Assembly: GCA_033582875.1 (NCBI GenBank)
Contig: JAVQZW010000005.1
Location: forward strand, 5,655 to 69,654
Length of the DNA stretch: 64,000 nucleotides
Direction: 5' to 3'
From: Acetobacteraceae bacterium
GTDB lineage: Bacteria; Pseudomonadota; Alphaproteobacteria; Acetobacterales; Acetobacteraceae
Positions 12,467 to 21,891 of the stretch are shown in pieces (the first letter of the stretch is position 1; each line of letters opens with the position of its first letter). The notes under the pieces are model-generated. The model worked only from the letters and a program-made list of their open reading frames with translations, ran no database searches and had not been told where the DNA came from. The translations under genes and the position numbers were made by a program.

Positions 12467-15106
12467 GTGACGCGCCCAGTCCCCGTCCCAAAGCCCACTC
12501 TCGCCCCCCTCCCCGCCCCGCTCGCGGCGTGGTTCGCGCGCCGCGGCTGGCAACCGCACCCGCACCAACGCGCCGTCCTCGCTGCCGTCCGTGCCAACCG
12601 CTCCGCCCTGCTCCTTGCGCCCACGGGCGCCGGCAAGACGCTGGCGGGGTTCCTCCCCACCCTCGCCGACATCGCCCAGACCCCCCGCGCCGGGCTGCAC
12701 ACCCTCTACGTCTCCCCTCTCAAGGCGCTCGCAGCCGACATCGCGCGCAACCTCGAACGCCCCATCGCCGAGGCAGGGCTCCCGATCTCGATCGACGTGC
12801 GGACAGGCGACACCGACCAAGCCTCGCGCAGGCGTCAGCGCGAGGCCCCGCCCAACATCCTGCTCACCACGCCGGAAAGCCTCGCCCTTCTCCTCTCCTT
12901 TCCGGACTCGGCGCGCCTGTTCGCCACCCTGCGCACCGTGGTGGTGGACGAGATCCATGCGCTGGTGGGGACGAAGCGGGGCGACCAGCTCGCGCTCTGC
13001 CTCGCCCGCCTCGGCACGCTCGCCCCCGCCGCCGTCCGCATCGGGCTTTCCGCCACTGCCCCCTTCCCGGACCGCCTGGCCGCATTTCTCTCGGCGGACG
13101 GGCGAGGCACGGGCGTGGAACTCATCCACGCCCCTCCCGGCGCGCAGCCGCAGATCGAGATCCGGCTGCCTGAGGGCCCTCTGCCCTGGTCTGGGCACAT
13201 GGGCTTGCTCGCGGCCGAGGAGATCTACCGCCTGATCCGCGCCCACCGCTCCACCATCGTCTTCGTCAACACCCGCGCCCAAGCCGAGCTCGTCTTTGCC
13301 GCGCTGTGGCGGCTGAACGATGACGCTCTGCCGATCGCGCTCCACCATGGGAGCTTGGCCCGCGACCAGAGGCTGAGGGTCGAGGCGGCGATGGCCTCGG
13401 GCAAGCTTCGCGCCGTCGTCGCCACCTCCTCGCTCGATCTCGGCATCGACTGGGGCGCGGTCGATCTCGTCGTGCAGGTTGGCGCGCCGAAGGGGGTCTC
13501 GCGCCTTTTGCAGCGCATCGGGCGGGCCAACCACCGCTGGGACGAGCCTTCGCGCGCCGTCCTCGTCCCCGCCAACCGTTTCGAGCTGCTCGAGTGCCTC
13601 TGCGCGCTCGATGGGGCGCGCGAGGGCGCGCTGGACGGCGACCCGCCGCCGCCAGGGGGCCTGGACGTGCTCGCCCAGCACGTGCTGGGCACGGTGTGCG
13701 CGGGGCCGATCCACGCGGACGACCTTTACGCCGAGGTGACCCGCGCGGCTCCCTACGCGAGCCTCTCGCGGAAGGACTTCGACGACGTGGTGCGCTTCGT
13801 CGAGGACGGGGGCTACGCGCTCGCGGCCTACGAGCGCTACCGGCGCCTCTTCCGCGACTCGGAGGGCAGGCTGCACCTCGCCGACGAGCGGGTGGCGCGG
13901 CGATGGCGGCTCAACATCGGAACCATCGTCGAGGCGCCGTTGCTGAAGGTGAAGCTCGGCCGCGGCTTCGGCGGCGCGGTGCTCGGCGAGATCGAGGAGT
14001 ATTTCGTCTCCCTCCTCAACCCCGGGGACACGTTCCTCTTCGCCGGCCGCCTCCTGCGCTTCGAGCGGCTGCGCGAGACCGTGGTGGAATGTTCGCCCGC
14101 GCAAGGCGACGACCCCAAGGTGCCGGCCTATGCCGGCGGCCGGCTTCCGCTGACCACCTTCCTCGCCGACCGCGTGCGGGCGCTGCTTCAGGACCGCAGC
14201 CGCTGGCAGGGTCTGCCTCCCGACGTCGCCGAGTGGCTCGAGCTGCAGCGCAAGCGCTCGCGCCTGCCCGGGCCGGCCGACCTGCTGGTCGAGACCTTCC
14301 CGCGTGGCGGACGGTGGTTCCTCGTCGCCTACTGTTTCGAAGGGCGGAACGCGCACCAGACGCTGGGCATGCTGGTCACGCGCCGGATGGAGCGGATGGG
14401 TTTCCGCCCGCTCGGCTTCGTCGCCACGGATTACGTCCTTGCCGTGTGGTCGGCCGAGGAGCCGCGCGACATCGCACGGCTCTTCGACGAGGACATGCTG
14501 GGCGAGGATCTCGAGGAGTGGATGGCCGAATCGTCGCTGCTCAAGCGAACCTTCCGCCACGTCGCGGTGATCGCGGGGCTTGTCGAGCGCAACCACCGGG
14601 GCGGAGCGAAGACCGGGCGGCAGGTGACGGTGAACACGGACCTGATCTACGACGTGCTGCGCAAGTACGAACCTGACCATGTGCTGCTGCGCGCCACCAG
14701 GGCCGATGCGGCGCGGGGGCTTGTCGATGTCGGCCGGGTGGCGCTGATGCTTCGCCGCGCACGGGGCCGGATCGTGCACATGGCGCTCTCCCGCGTCTCG
14801 CCTCTCGCCGTTCCCGTCCTGCTCGAGGTCGGCAAGGAGAGTGTTGCGACCGGCGAGGGTCAGGACGCGCTTCTCGCCGAGGCCGAAGCGGCCCAGTTGC
14901 TGGCCGAAGCGCGCGGCGAGGCCGAGCCCCCGGCCGCCGCGCCGCCCCCGCTGCGCGCGGAGCGCCCCGTGCATCCGGTGCATCGGGCCAACGTGGCGCG
15001 CGACCGCAAGCGCCGCCCCGGCGGCATCGCCCTCGGCACGCAGGGCCGGGCCACCTTGCGCACCATACGCTCCCGCCGCCAAGATCCGCTGCCTCTGTCC
15101 GAATGA
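12467..15106 (+). CDS. lhr: Ligase-associated DEXH-box helicase (Lhr-core)
   Basis: APTGAGKT, SPLKAL, TTPES, DEIH, GLSAT, HHGSL, SSLDLGID, QRIGRANH, NIGTI. Confidence 0.93.
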   Translation: MTRPVPVPKPTLAPLPAPLAAWFARRGWQPHPHQRAVLAAVRANRSALLLAPTGAGKTLAGFLPTLADIAQTPRAGLHTLYVSPLKALAADIARNLERPIAEAGLPISIDVRTGDTDQASRRRQREAPPNILLTTPESLALLLSFPDSARLFATLRTVVVDEIHALVGTKRGDQLALCLARLGTLAPAAVRIGLSATAPFPDRLAAFLSADGRGTGVELIHAPPGAQPQIEIRLPEGPLPWSGHMGLLAAEEIYRLIRAHRSTIVFVNTRAQAELVFAALWRLNDDALPIALHHGSLARDQRLRVEAAMASGKLRAVVATSSLDLGIDWGAVDLVVQVGAPKGVSRLLQRIGRANHRWDEPSRAVLVPANRFELLECLCALDGAREGALDGDPPPPGGLDVLAQHVLGTVCAGPIHADDLYAEVTRAAPYASLSRKDFDDVVRFVEDGGYALAAYERYRRLFRDSEGRLHLADERVARRWRLNIGTIVEAPLLKVKLGRGFGGAVLGEIEEYFVSLLNPGDTFLFAGRLLRFERLRETVVECSPAQGDDPKVPAYAGGRLPLTTFLADRVRALLQDRSRWQGLPPDVAEWLELQRKRSRLPGPADLLVETFPRGGRWFLVAYCFEGRNAHQTLGMLVTRRMERMGFRPLGFVATDYVLAVWSAEEPRDIARLFDEDMLGEDLEEWMAESSLLKRTFRHVAVIAGLVERNHRGGAKTGRQVTVNTDLIYDVLRKYEPDHVLLRATRADAARGLVDVGRVALMLRRARGRIVHMALSRVSPLAVPVLLEVGKESVATGEGQDALLAEAEAAQLLAEARGEAEPPAAAPPPLRAERPVHPVHRANVARDRKRRPGGIALGTQGRATLRTIRSRRQDPLPLSE

Positions 15107-15786
15107 CCGCCGCGCCGCTCCATCTTCTCGGGGAGCGCCTGATGCTCGACCCCTCAGGCGCGCTGTGGTGGCCGGCGCGCCGGCTGCTCGCGGTGGCCGA
15201 CCTTCACCTCGAGAAGGGGTCGGCTCTCGCCGCGCGGGGGGCGCTCGTTCCCCCCTACAATTCCCGCGCAACTCTCGAGCGGCTCACGCGCCTCGTTCGT
15301 CTCTATCGCCCCGAGCGTCTTCTGCTCCTCGGCGACTCCTTTCACGACGGGAAGGGAGCAGGCCGGCTCGGCGCGGCGGAAAGGGAGGCGCTCGCAGCTC
15401 TCGCGCGGCTTACCGCCATCGTCTGGCTCGCGGGCAACCACGATCCGGGAGAGGCGGAGGAGTGGCGCGAGACGCCTCTGATCTTCCGCCATGTCCCGCG
15501 CGGCGAGACGGGTGAGATCGCGGGGCACCTGCATCCGAAGGCGGCGGTGTCGATCCGCGGGACCTGGGTCGCGCGCGCCTGCTTCGTCGCCGACAGCCGG
15601 CGGCTCCTTTTGCCCGCCTTCGGCGCCTACACGGGGGGGCTTGATGTGCGCGACCCTGCCATCCGGCTCCTTTTCCCGCGCGGCGGGCGGGTGTTCCTGG
15701 TCGGCAAGGACCGGCTGTTCAGTTTTCCGTTGGCCGCCGTCGGCCCGCTTTCCGAAGCCCAGCCCAGGGCCATGTCAGGCGCGTGA
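15103..15786 (+). CDS. pdeM: Ligase-associated metallophosphoesterase/endonuclease PdeM
   Basis: VADLHLEKG, LGDSFHD, GNHD, GHLHP, LPAFGAYTGGL. ATGA overlap with lhr. Confidence 0.92.
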   Translation: MTAAPLHLLGERLMLDPSGALWWPARRLLAVADLHLEKGSALAARGALVPPYNSRATLERLTRLVRLYRPERLLLLGDSFHDGKGAGRLGAAEREALAALARLTAIVWLAGNHDPGEAEEWRETPLIFRHVPRGETGEIAGHLHPKAAVSIRGTWVARACFVADSRRLLLPAFGAYTGGLDVRDPAIRLLFPRGGRVFLVGKDRLFSFPLAAVGPLSEAQPRAMSGA

Positions 15787-17240
15787 GCAACGCCGCCCCA
15801 GCGCCCGTCCTCCTTTGGTTCCGCCAAGACCTGCGTCTCGCCGACAACCCGACGGTGCGAGCCGCGGTCGAGACCGGCCGGCCGGTGATCCCGGTCTTCG
15901 TGCTCGATCGCGAGAGCGCCGGGGCGTGGGCGCCGGGCGGGGCGTCGCTGTGGTGGCTGCACCACTCCCTTGCCTCGCTCGCGCGCTCGCTCGCGGCGCG
16001 CGGGTCGCGCCTGATCCTGCGCCGCGGGCGGTTCGAGGAGGTGATCCCTCGACTTGCCGCCGAGACGGGCGCGCGCCTCGTCCTCGCCAGCCGTCTCTAC
16101 GAGCCCTGGGCGCGGGAGGCCGATCGGCGCACGGCCGAGGCGCTGCGCCGCATGGGCGTGGAAATCCGCGGCTTCAACGCCTCGCTGCTGTTCGAGCCCT
16201 GGACGGTGCGGACGAAGACGGGCGGGCCCTACGGCGTCTACACCCCCTTCTCGCGCGCCTGCTTCGCTTTCGGCCCCCCGCCCAAGCCCCTGCCCGCCCC
16301 CGATCGTCTGCCCGCGCCGCAGACCTGGCCTGGTTCCGAGCTGCTCGCTGACTGGCGGCTCCTGCCGACCGCCCCCGACTGGGCCGGGGGGTTGCGCGAG
16401 ACGTGGACGCCCGGGGAAGAGGGCGCGGAAGCCCGGCTCGCTCGCTTCCTCGCGCGCGGCCTCGCCGCCTACGCCGAAACCCGGAACCGGCCCGATCTCG
16501 ACCTGACCTCGGGGCTCTCGCCGCACCTGCACTGGGGCGAGATCTCTCCCGCCCGCATCTGGCACGCGGTCGAGGCCTCCGCCCAGGCGCGGAGCCTCTC
16601 TGCCGAAACCTTCCTCAAGGAGTTGATCTGGCGGGAATTCTCCTACCACCTGCTGTGGCACCGGCCCGAGATGCCGGATCATCCGCTCAAGTCCGACTTC
16701 GCCCGCTTCCCCTGGCGCAGCGACCCTGCCGCTCTGAAGGCGTGGCAGCGCGGGCGCACCGGCTACCCCATCGTGGATGCCGGCATGCGCCAGCTTTGGC
16801 ATACGGGATGGATGCACAATCGGGTGCGGATGATCGTCGCCTCCTTCCTGGTCAAGCACCTCCTTTTGCCCTGGCAGGAGGGCGAGGCTTGGTTCTGGGA
16901 CACGCTGGTCGATGCCGATCTCGCCTCGAACAGCGCCTCGTGGCAATGGGTGGCCGGAAGCGGTGCCGACGCCGCGCCCTATTTCCGCATCTTCGCCCCC
17001 GTGACCCAAGGGCAGAAGTTCGACCCTCAAGGAGACTACGTGCGACGCTGGGTGCCTGAACTGGCGAAACTGCCGACGGACGTGATCCACGCGCCTTGGA
17101 CGGCGCCGGCAATCGTTCTCAGCGACGCAGACGTGGAGCTTGGGCGTACTTACCCTCGCCCGATCGTCGATCACGCCGCCGCCCGTGCCCGGGCGCTCGC
17201 CGCGCTTGCAACCATCACCCGCGACAAGGTTTCCGCCTGA
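15783..17240 (+). CDS. Deoxyribodipyrimidine (CPD) photolyase, likely class III/I
   Basis: WFRQDLRLADN, TSGLSPHLHWGEIS, ELIWREF, TGYPIVDAGMRQL, GWMHNRVRM, N..SWQW (Asn at the flavin N5 position). Confidence 0.95.
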   Translation: MSNAAPAPVLLWFRQDLRLADNPTVRAAVETGRPVIPVFVLDRESAGAWAPGGASLWWLHHSLASLARSLAARGSRLILRRGRFEEVIPRLAAETGARLVLASRLYEPWAREADRRTAEALRRMGVEIRGFNASLLFEPWTVRTKTGGPYGVYTPFSRACFAFGPPPKPLPAPDRLPAPQTWPGSELLADWRLLPTAPDWAGGLRETWTPGEEGAEARLARFLARGLAAYAETRNRPDLDLTSGLSPHLHWGEISPARIWHAVEASAQARSLSAETFLKELIWREFSYHLLWHRPEMPDHPLKSDFARFPWRSDPAALKAWQRGRTGYPIVDAGMRQLWHTGWMHNRVRMIVASFLVKHLLLPWQEGEAWFWDTLVDADLASNSASWQWVAGSGADAAPYFRIFAPVTQGQKFDPQGDYVRRWVPELAKLPTDVIHAPWTAPAIVLSDADVELGRTYPRPIVDHAAARARALAALATITRDKVSA

Positions 17241-18566
17241 ATGCACGGCACGCTTTCCCCTCCGCAGCGCGAGCGGATCGCCGTCATCGGCGCCGGAATT
17301 GCAGGACTTTCGGCCGCCTGGCTGTTGCGAGACGTGCACGACGTGGTCCTTTACGAGGCCGAGCCTCGTTTGGGCGGCCACGCCGACACCCAGGAGGTCG
17401 AGGTCGCGGGCGAACCGGTCGCGGTCGACACCGGCTTCATCGTCTACAACGAGGTGAACTACCCAAACCTCGTCGCCCTCTTCTCTGCCCTCGGTGTCGC
17501 GACCGAGCCCTCGGACATGTCCTTCGCCGTGGCACGCCTGGATCGTGACTTCGAATACGCGGGCGGCAGTTTCGCCCAACTCTTCGCCGACCCCCGAAAC
17601 GCGGCTTCCCCGCGGTTTTGGGGAATGCTGCGCGACGTTCTCCGCTTTTACCGCCGGGCGCCGTCGGTTCTCTCTGCTGCTGACGACACGCTCACCTTAG
17701 GGGCGTATCTCGAGCGCGAGGGCTTCGGTGCTGCCTTCGTGCAGGACCACCTGTTGCCGATGGGGGCGGCGATTTGGTCGGCCTCCGTGGAGGGGATTCG
17801 GGACTTTCCCGCCCGCGCCTTCGTGCAATTTTTCCACAATCATGGGCTTCTGCGGCTTTCTGGCCGCCCGCGCTGGCGGACCGTGACGGGGGGCTCGCGC
17901 CGCTATGTCGCAAGGATCGCCGCTGCCCTAGGCGATCGGGTCCGGCTGGGTCGCCGCGTGGTTGCCCTGCGGCGAGACGAGACCTCGGTGTGGCTTTTGC
18001 GCGAGGGCGACGTTCCCGAACGCTTCGACCGTGTGGTCCTCGCCGTGCACGGCGACCAGGCGCTCGCCTTGCTCGACCCTGCGACCGAGGCCGAGACGCA
18101 GATCCTCTCCGCCGTTCGCTATCAGGAAAACCGCCTTGTCCTGCACACCGATCCCGCGCTGATGCCGAGGCGGCGCCGGGTGTGGTCGTCCTGGAACTAT
18201 CTCTCGGCCGGGGAGGCCGACGAAACGCGTGCCGTGTGCGTCAGCTACTGGATGAACCGTCTGCAGAACCTGAAGACCCGCCTGCCGCTGATTGCTTCGC
18301 TCAACCCCTTCCGCGACCCTAACCCAGCCTCCGTGCTGGTCGAGCGCGTCTATCGTCACCCGCAGTATGACCGCGCCATGCTTCAGGCGCAAAAGGCGCT
18401 GCCCGCCATTCAGGGGCGCGATCGCCTGCACTTCTGCGGCGCCTGGTGCGGCTATGGCTTCCACGAGGACGGCATCGCCTCGGCGATCCGGGTCGCCGAG
18501 GCGCTGGGCGCGCCCCCTCCTTGGCGCGCCACGATTGCCCCGGCCGGGGGCGAGACCGTGCGGTGA
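17241..18566 (+). CDS. FAD-dependent oxidoreductase (COG2907), UfaD/RSP_1091-like
   Basis: GAGIAG Rossmann motif, LGGHA, VDTGFIVYN..NYPN, GAWCGYGFHEDG. Adjacent to DUF1365 and a Cfa-like gene. Confidence 0.88.
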   Translation: MHGTLSPPQRERIAVIGAGIAGLSAAWLLRDVHDVVLYEAEPRLGGHADTQEVEVAGEPVAVDTGFIVYNEVNYPNLVALFSALGVATEPSDMSFAVARLDRDFEYAGGSFAQLFADPRNAASPRFWGMLRDVLRFYRRAPSVLSAADDTLTLGAYLEREGFGAAFVQDHLLPMGAAIWSASVEGIRDFPARAFVQFFHNHGLLRLSGRPRWRTVTGGSRRYVARIAAALGDRVRLGRRVVALRRDETSVWLLREGDVPERFDRVVLAVHGDQALALLDPATEAETQILSAVRYQENRLVLHTDPALMPRRRRVWSSWNYLSAGEADETRAVCVSYWMNRLQNLKTRLPLIASLNPFRDPNPASVLVERVYRHPQYDRAMLQAQKALPAIQGRDRLHFCGAWCGYGFHEDGIASAIRVAEALGAPPPWRATIAPAGGETVR

Positions 18567-19327
18567 CGGATGCCCCCGCCCACATCCTCTGGGCACGGGT
18601 GGTGCACGTGCGCCACCGCCCGTTCCGGCACCGGCTCGAATACCGCATCTGGTCGCTTCTGCTCGATCTTGATCGTGCCGAGGAGGCGGGCCGCGCCTCG
18701 CGGCTGTTTCGGGTCGAACGTCCAGGCCTCGTCTCCTTCCGCGCGGCCGACCACGGCGCGCGTGACGGCTCTCCGCTCCGGCCCTGGGTGGAGCGTCAAC
18801 TCGCCGCGCAGGGCGTTCCGCCGCCGGCCCGCATCCGCCTGCTCGCCCTCCCTCGCGTGTTCGGCTACGTGTTCAACCCGATCTCGCTGTTCCTCTGTTC
18901 GGACGCCGCCGGCCGCGACACGGCGGTCGTCTACGAGGTGAAGAACACCTTCGGCGACCAGCACGCCTATGTCGCGGCCCTCGCGGGCCAGGGGCCCCAT
19001 CGCCACGCCGCCGACAAGACCTTCCACGTCTCGCCCTTCATCGGCATGGACGCGCGCTACCGCTTCACCCTCTCCTTCAAGGGCGACCGCTTCGGGCTCG
19101 TGATCGACGAGACGGAAAGGGGCGAGCGGCTTCTCACCGCCTCCATGGTGGGACGGCTCGAGCCGATGACGGACGCCGCCCTGGCCCGCGCCCTCCTTCG
19201 CTTCCCCTTCGTGACGCTGAAGGTGATCGCCGGCATCCACTGGCACGCCCTGCGGCTGTGGCGGAAAGGGGCGCGCTACCATCGCTATCTGCCGCCGCCC
19301 GAGGTCGAACCCACGCCCGCCCGTTGA
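18563..19327 (+). CDS. DUF1365 protein, UfaO/RSP_1090-like
   Basis: HVRHRP, PRVFGYVFNPIS, YEVKNTFGDQH, KTFHVSPF, IHWHALRLWRKG. GTGA overlap with the upstream gene. Confidence 0.9.
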   Translation: MTDAPAHILWARVVHVRHRPFRHRLEYRIWSLLLDLDRAEEAGRASRLFRVERPGLVSFRAADHGARDGSPLRPWVERQLAAQGVPPPARIRLLALPRVFGYVFNPISLFLCSDAAGRDTAVVYEVKNTFGDQHAYVAALAGQGPHRHAADKTFHVSPFIGMDARYRFTLSFKGDRFGLVIDETERGERLLTASMVGRLEPMTDAALARALLRFPFVTLKVIAGIHWHALRLWRKGARYHRYLPPPEVEPTPAR

Positions 19328-19335
19328 GCCCGCTC

Positions 19336-20565
19336 ATGTCGGTTTCCGAAGACGTCCTGCTCCGACCCGCCGAAGCCGCCGCCCGCCCGCGCGGCCTCGC
19401 CGCCCGCGCCCTTCGCTTGGCCGGGCTGATCCGGTCGGGCGAGCTCACCCTGATCCTGCCCGACGGGTCGGTGCATCGCGTGATCGGCGACCGCCCCGGG
19501 CCCTCGGCCACGGTGCGCCTTGCCAGCCTGCGCGCGGTGCGCCGCTTCGCCTTCGGCGGCTCGCTCGGCTGGGCGGAAGCCTGGCTGGATGGGGACTGGA
19601 CCACGCCCGACCTGCGCGCGGTGATGGCGCTCGCGGCGGCGAACGAGCAGGAATGGCGGCGGGTGCTGAACGGCCGCCCGCTGGTGCGCCTCATCTCGCG
19701 GCTCGCGCACCGCCTCCGTCCCAACACGCGGCGGGGGGCGAAGCGCAACATCGCCGCCCACTACGACCTCGGCAACGACTTCTACGCCGCGTGGCTCGAT
19801 TCCACCCTCACCTACTCGTCCGCCGAGTTCGCCGATCCTGCCGCGGAGAGCCTCGAGGAGGCGCAGAGGCGCAAGGTGCGCAACCTGATCGCCGCGCTCG
19901 AGCTTGCTCCGGGCGCACGGATCCTCGAGATCGGCTGCGGGTGGGGGTTTCTCGCCGAGACGGCGGCGCGCGAGTTCGGCCTCTCGGCGGTCGCGATCAC
20001 GCTGTCGCGCGAACAGCATGCCTACGCCGCCGCGCGGATCGCCGCGGCGGGTCTAGCCGATCGGGTCGAAGTGCGGCTGCAGGACTACCGCGACGTGCGC
20101 GGCAGCTTCGACGGCATCGTCTCCTGCGAGATGTTCGAGGCGGTGGGCGAACGCTACTGGCCGGCCTTCTTCCGCACCGTGCACGACCGCCTCCGCCCCG
20201 GCGGGCGGGCGGCGCTGCAGGTCATCGCGATCGCCGACCGCTTTTTCGACGACTACCGGCGGGGGGCCGACTTCATCCAGCGCCACGTCTTTCCGGGCGG
20301 CATGCTGCCCTCGCCCGGCCGGCTCCGCACCGAGGTGGCGCGGGCCGGGCTCGTCTGGCGCTCGGACACCTGGTTCGGCGCCTCCTACGCTGAGACGCTC
20401 GCGCGCTGGCACGAGCGGTTCCGCGCCGCCTGGCCCCGGCTTGCCGCCTCCGGCCGCCACGACGAGCGGTTCCGCCGCCTGTGGGAATACTACCTGCTCT
20501 ACTGCGAGACGGGGTTCCGGGCCGGGTGGATCGACGTCGGTCGGATCGTGCTCGCCCGCGCCTGA
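19336..20565 (+). CDS. Cyclopropane-fatty-acyl-phospholipid synthase family SAM methyltransferase, UfaM/CfaS-like
   Basis: NIAAHYDLGNDFY, LEIGCGWG, EMFEAVG, FIQRHVFPGGMLP, WEYYLLYCE. Alternative TTG start at 19324. Confidence 0.92.
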   Translation: MSVSEDVLLRPAEAAARPRGLAARALRLAGLIRSGELTLILPDGSVHRVIGDRPGPSATVRLASLRAVRRFAFGGSLGWAEAWLDGDWTTPDLRAVMALAAANEQEWRRVLNGRPLVRLISRLAHRLRPNTRRGAKRNIAAHYDLGNDFYAAWLDSTLTYSSAEFADPAAESLEEAQRRKVRNLIAALELAPGARILEIGCGWGFLAETAAREFGLSAVAITLSREQHAYAAARIAAAGLADRVEVRLQDYRDVRGSFDGIVSCEMFEAVGERYWPAFFRTVHDRLRPGGRAALQVIAIADRFFDDYRRGADFIQRHVFPGGMLPSPGRLRTEVARAGLVWRSDTWFGASYAETLARWHERFRAAWPRLAASGRHDERFRRLWEYYLLYCETGFRAGWIDVGRIVLARA

Positions 20566-20571
20566 CGTCCC

Positions 20572-21891
20572 ATGCCGCCGCCCCCGGGGCGTCTGCCGCG
20601 CCCAATTCTCGCCGTCTACGGGCTTGCCGCCTTTCCGCTCGCCATCCTCGGCCTGCCGCTGAACGTGTATCTGCCCGCGTTCTGGGGCGAGACGATGGGG
20701 CTTGGTTTTTCCACCGTCGGCGCGGTGCTGCTCGCCACGCGCCTGTTCGATGGCCTCACGGATCCGCTCGCCGGCGTACTGTCCGACCGCACGCGGTCCC
20801 GCTTCGGGCGCCGGCGGCCCTGGATCGCCGCCGGCGGCCTGATCGCGGCGCCGGCGGTGTGGCTTCTGTTCGTCCCGCCCGCAGGCGCCGGGCCGGTCCA
20901 CCTCCTCCTCTGCGCATCCTTTGTCTATCTCGGCTGGACGCTGATCAATGTGCCGCACTCGGCCTGGGGGGCCGAGCTTTCCGCCGACTACGACGAACGG
21001 GCGCGCATCACCGCTTGGCGCGAAGCGGCGACGCTTGCGGGCATTGTCGCCTCGGCGCTCGTGCCGGCTCTCGCGCCGGGCGGGATCGCCTCCGATCTGC
21101 GCACCCTCGCCCTGGTGACTCTCGCTCTTGCGGCTCCTGCCCTTGTCCTCCTGCTCGCGGTGGTGCCGGAACCGCCCCCACCTGTGCGCCGCGCCCCCCG
21201 TCGCCCGCTTCGCGAAACGATCTTGATTCTCTCCCGCAACCGCCCGTTCCTTAGGCTTCTCGCGGCCTGGATCGTCAACGGCGTCGCCAACGGGCTGCCG
21301 GCGGCCTTGTTCCTGCTCGTCGTCACGCACCTTTTGCGCGCCGAAGCGCAGGCCGGCGTGCTTCTGCTCGCCTATTTCCTCGCCGGCATCGCGGCCGTGC
21401 CGGTCTGGACCTGGATCGCCTCGCGCACCTCGAAGCACCGCGCGTGGTGCCTCGCCATGCTATGGGCGTCGGGGGTGTTCGCTTTCGTCCCCCTCCTCGG
21501 GCCTGGGGACTGGCCGGCCTTCCTGGTCATCTGCGTGCTGACAGGGGCGGCGCTCGGGGCCGATCTCGCTCTGCCGCCCGCCATCCAAGCGGACGTGATC
21601 GACCTCGACCACCTCGAAGGCGGTGTGCCGCGGGCTGGGCTCTTCTTCGCCGCGTGGTCGATGGCGCATAAGGGCGGCAATGCGCTTGCCGTGGGCATCG
21701 GCCTTCCTCTTCTGGAGGCGCTCGGCTTTCGGGTGACGGAAGGGGTGGCCGAGGGTCTCGGCGCGCTCGTTCTGCTCTACGCGACGACGCCGATTGCGCT
21801 GAAGCTCGGGGTTGTTGTCCTGATGTGGCGCTTCCCGCTGGACCGCGCGGCGCAGGGCGCGATCCGCGCTCGCCTCGAAGGCCGGGCGTGA
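20572..21891 (+). CDS. MFS transporter (GPH/MFS_2 sugar:cation symporter-like, RSP_1089-like)
   Basis: Multiple hydrophobic segments, DGLTDPLAGVLSDRTRSRFGRRRPW, WGAELS.DYDER, ADVID. Confidence 0.9.
   Translation: MPPPPGRLPRPILAVYGLAAFPLAILGLPLNVYLPAFWGETMGLGFSTVGAVLLATRLFDGLTDPLAGVLSDRTRSRFGRRRPWIAAGGLIAAPAVWLLFVPPAGAGPVHLLLCASFVYLGWTLINVPHSAWGAELSADYDERARITAWREAATLAGIVASALVPALAPGGIASDLRTLALVTLALAAPALVLLLAVVPEPPPPVRRAPRRPLRETILILSRNRPFLRLLAAWIVNGVANGLPAALFLLVVTHLLRAEAQAGVLLLAYFLAGIAAVPVWTWIASRTSKHRAWCLAMLWASGVFAFVPLLGPGDWPAFLVICVLTGAALGADLALPPAIQADVIDLDHLEGGVPRAGLFFAAWSMAHKGGNALAVGIGLPLLEALGFRVTEGVAEGLGALVLLYATTPIALKLGVVVLMWRFPLDRAAQGAIRARLEGRA

Noticed and set aside
12380-15271. Long antisense ORFs (e.g. 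963 aa opposite lhr, 650 aa opposite the photolyase)
   Set aside because: They have no motifs and are typical stop-poor shadow frames of high-GC coding DNA.
17083-17115. TGATCC as an RpoE (ECF11) -35 element upstream of the COG2907 gene
   Set aside because: There is no matching -10 element at the expected spacing, and the bases encode the conserved photolyase IHAPW motif.
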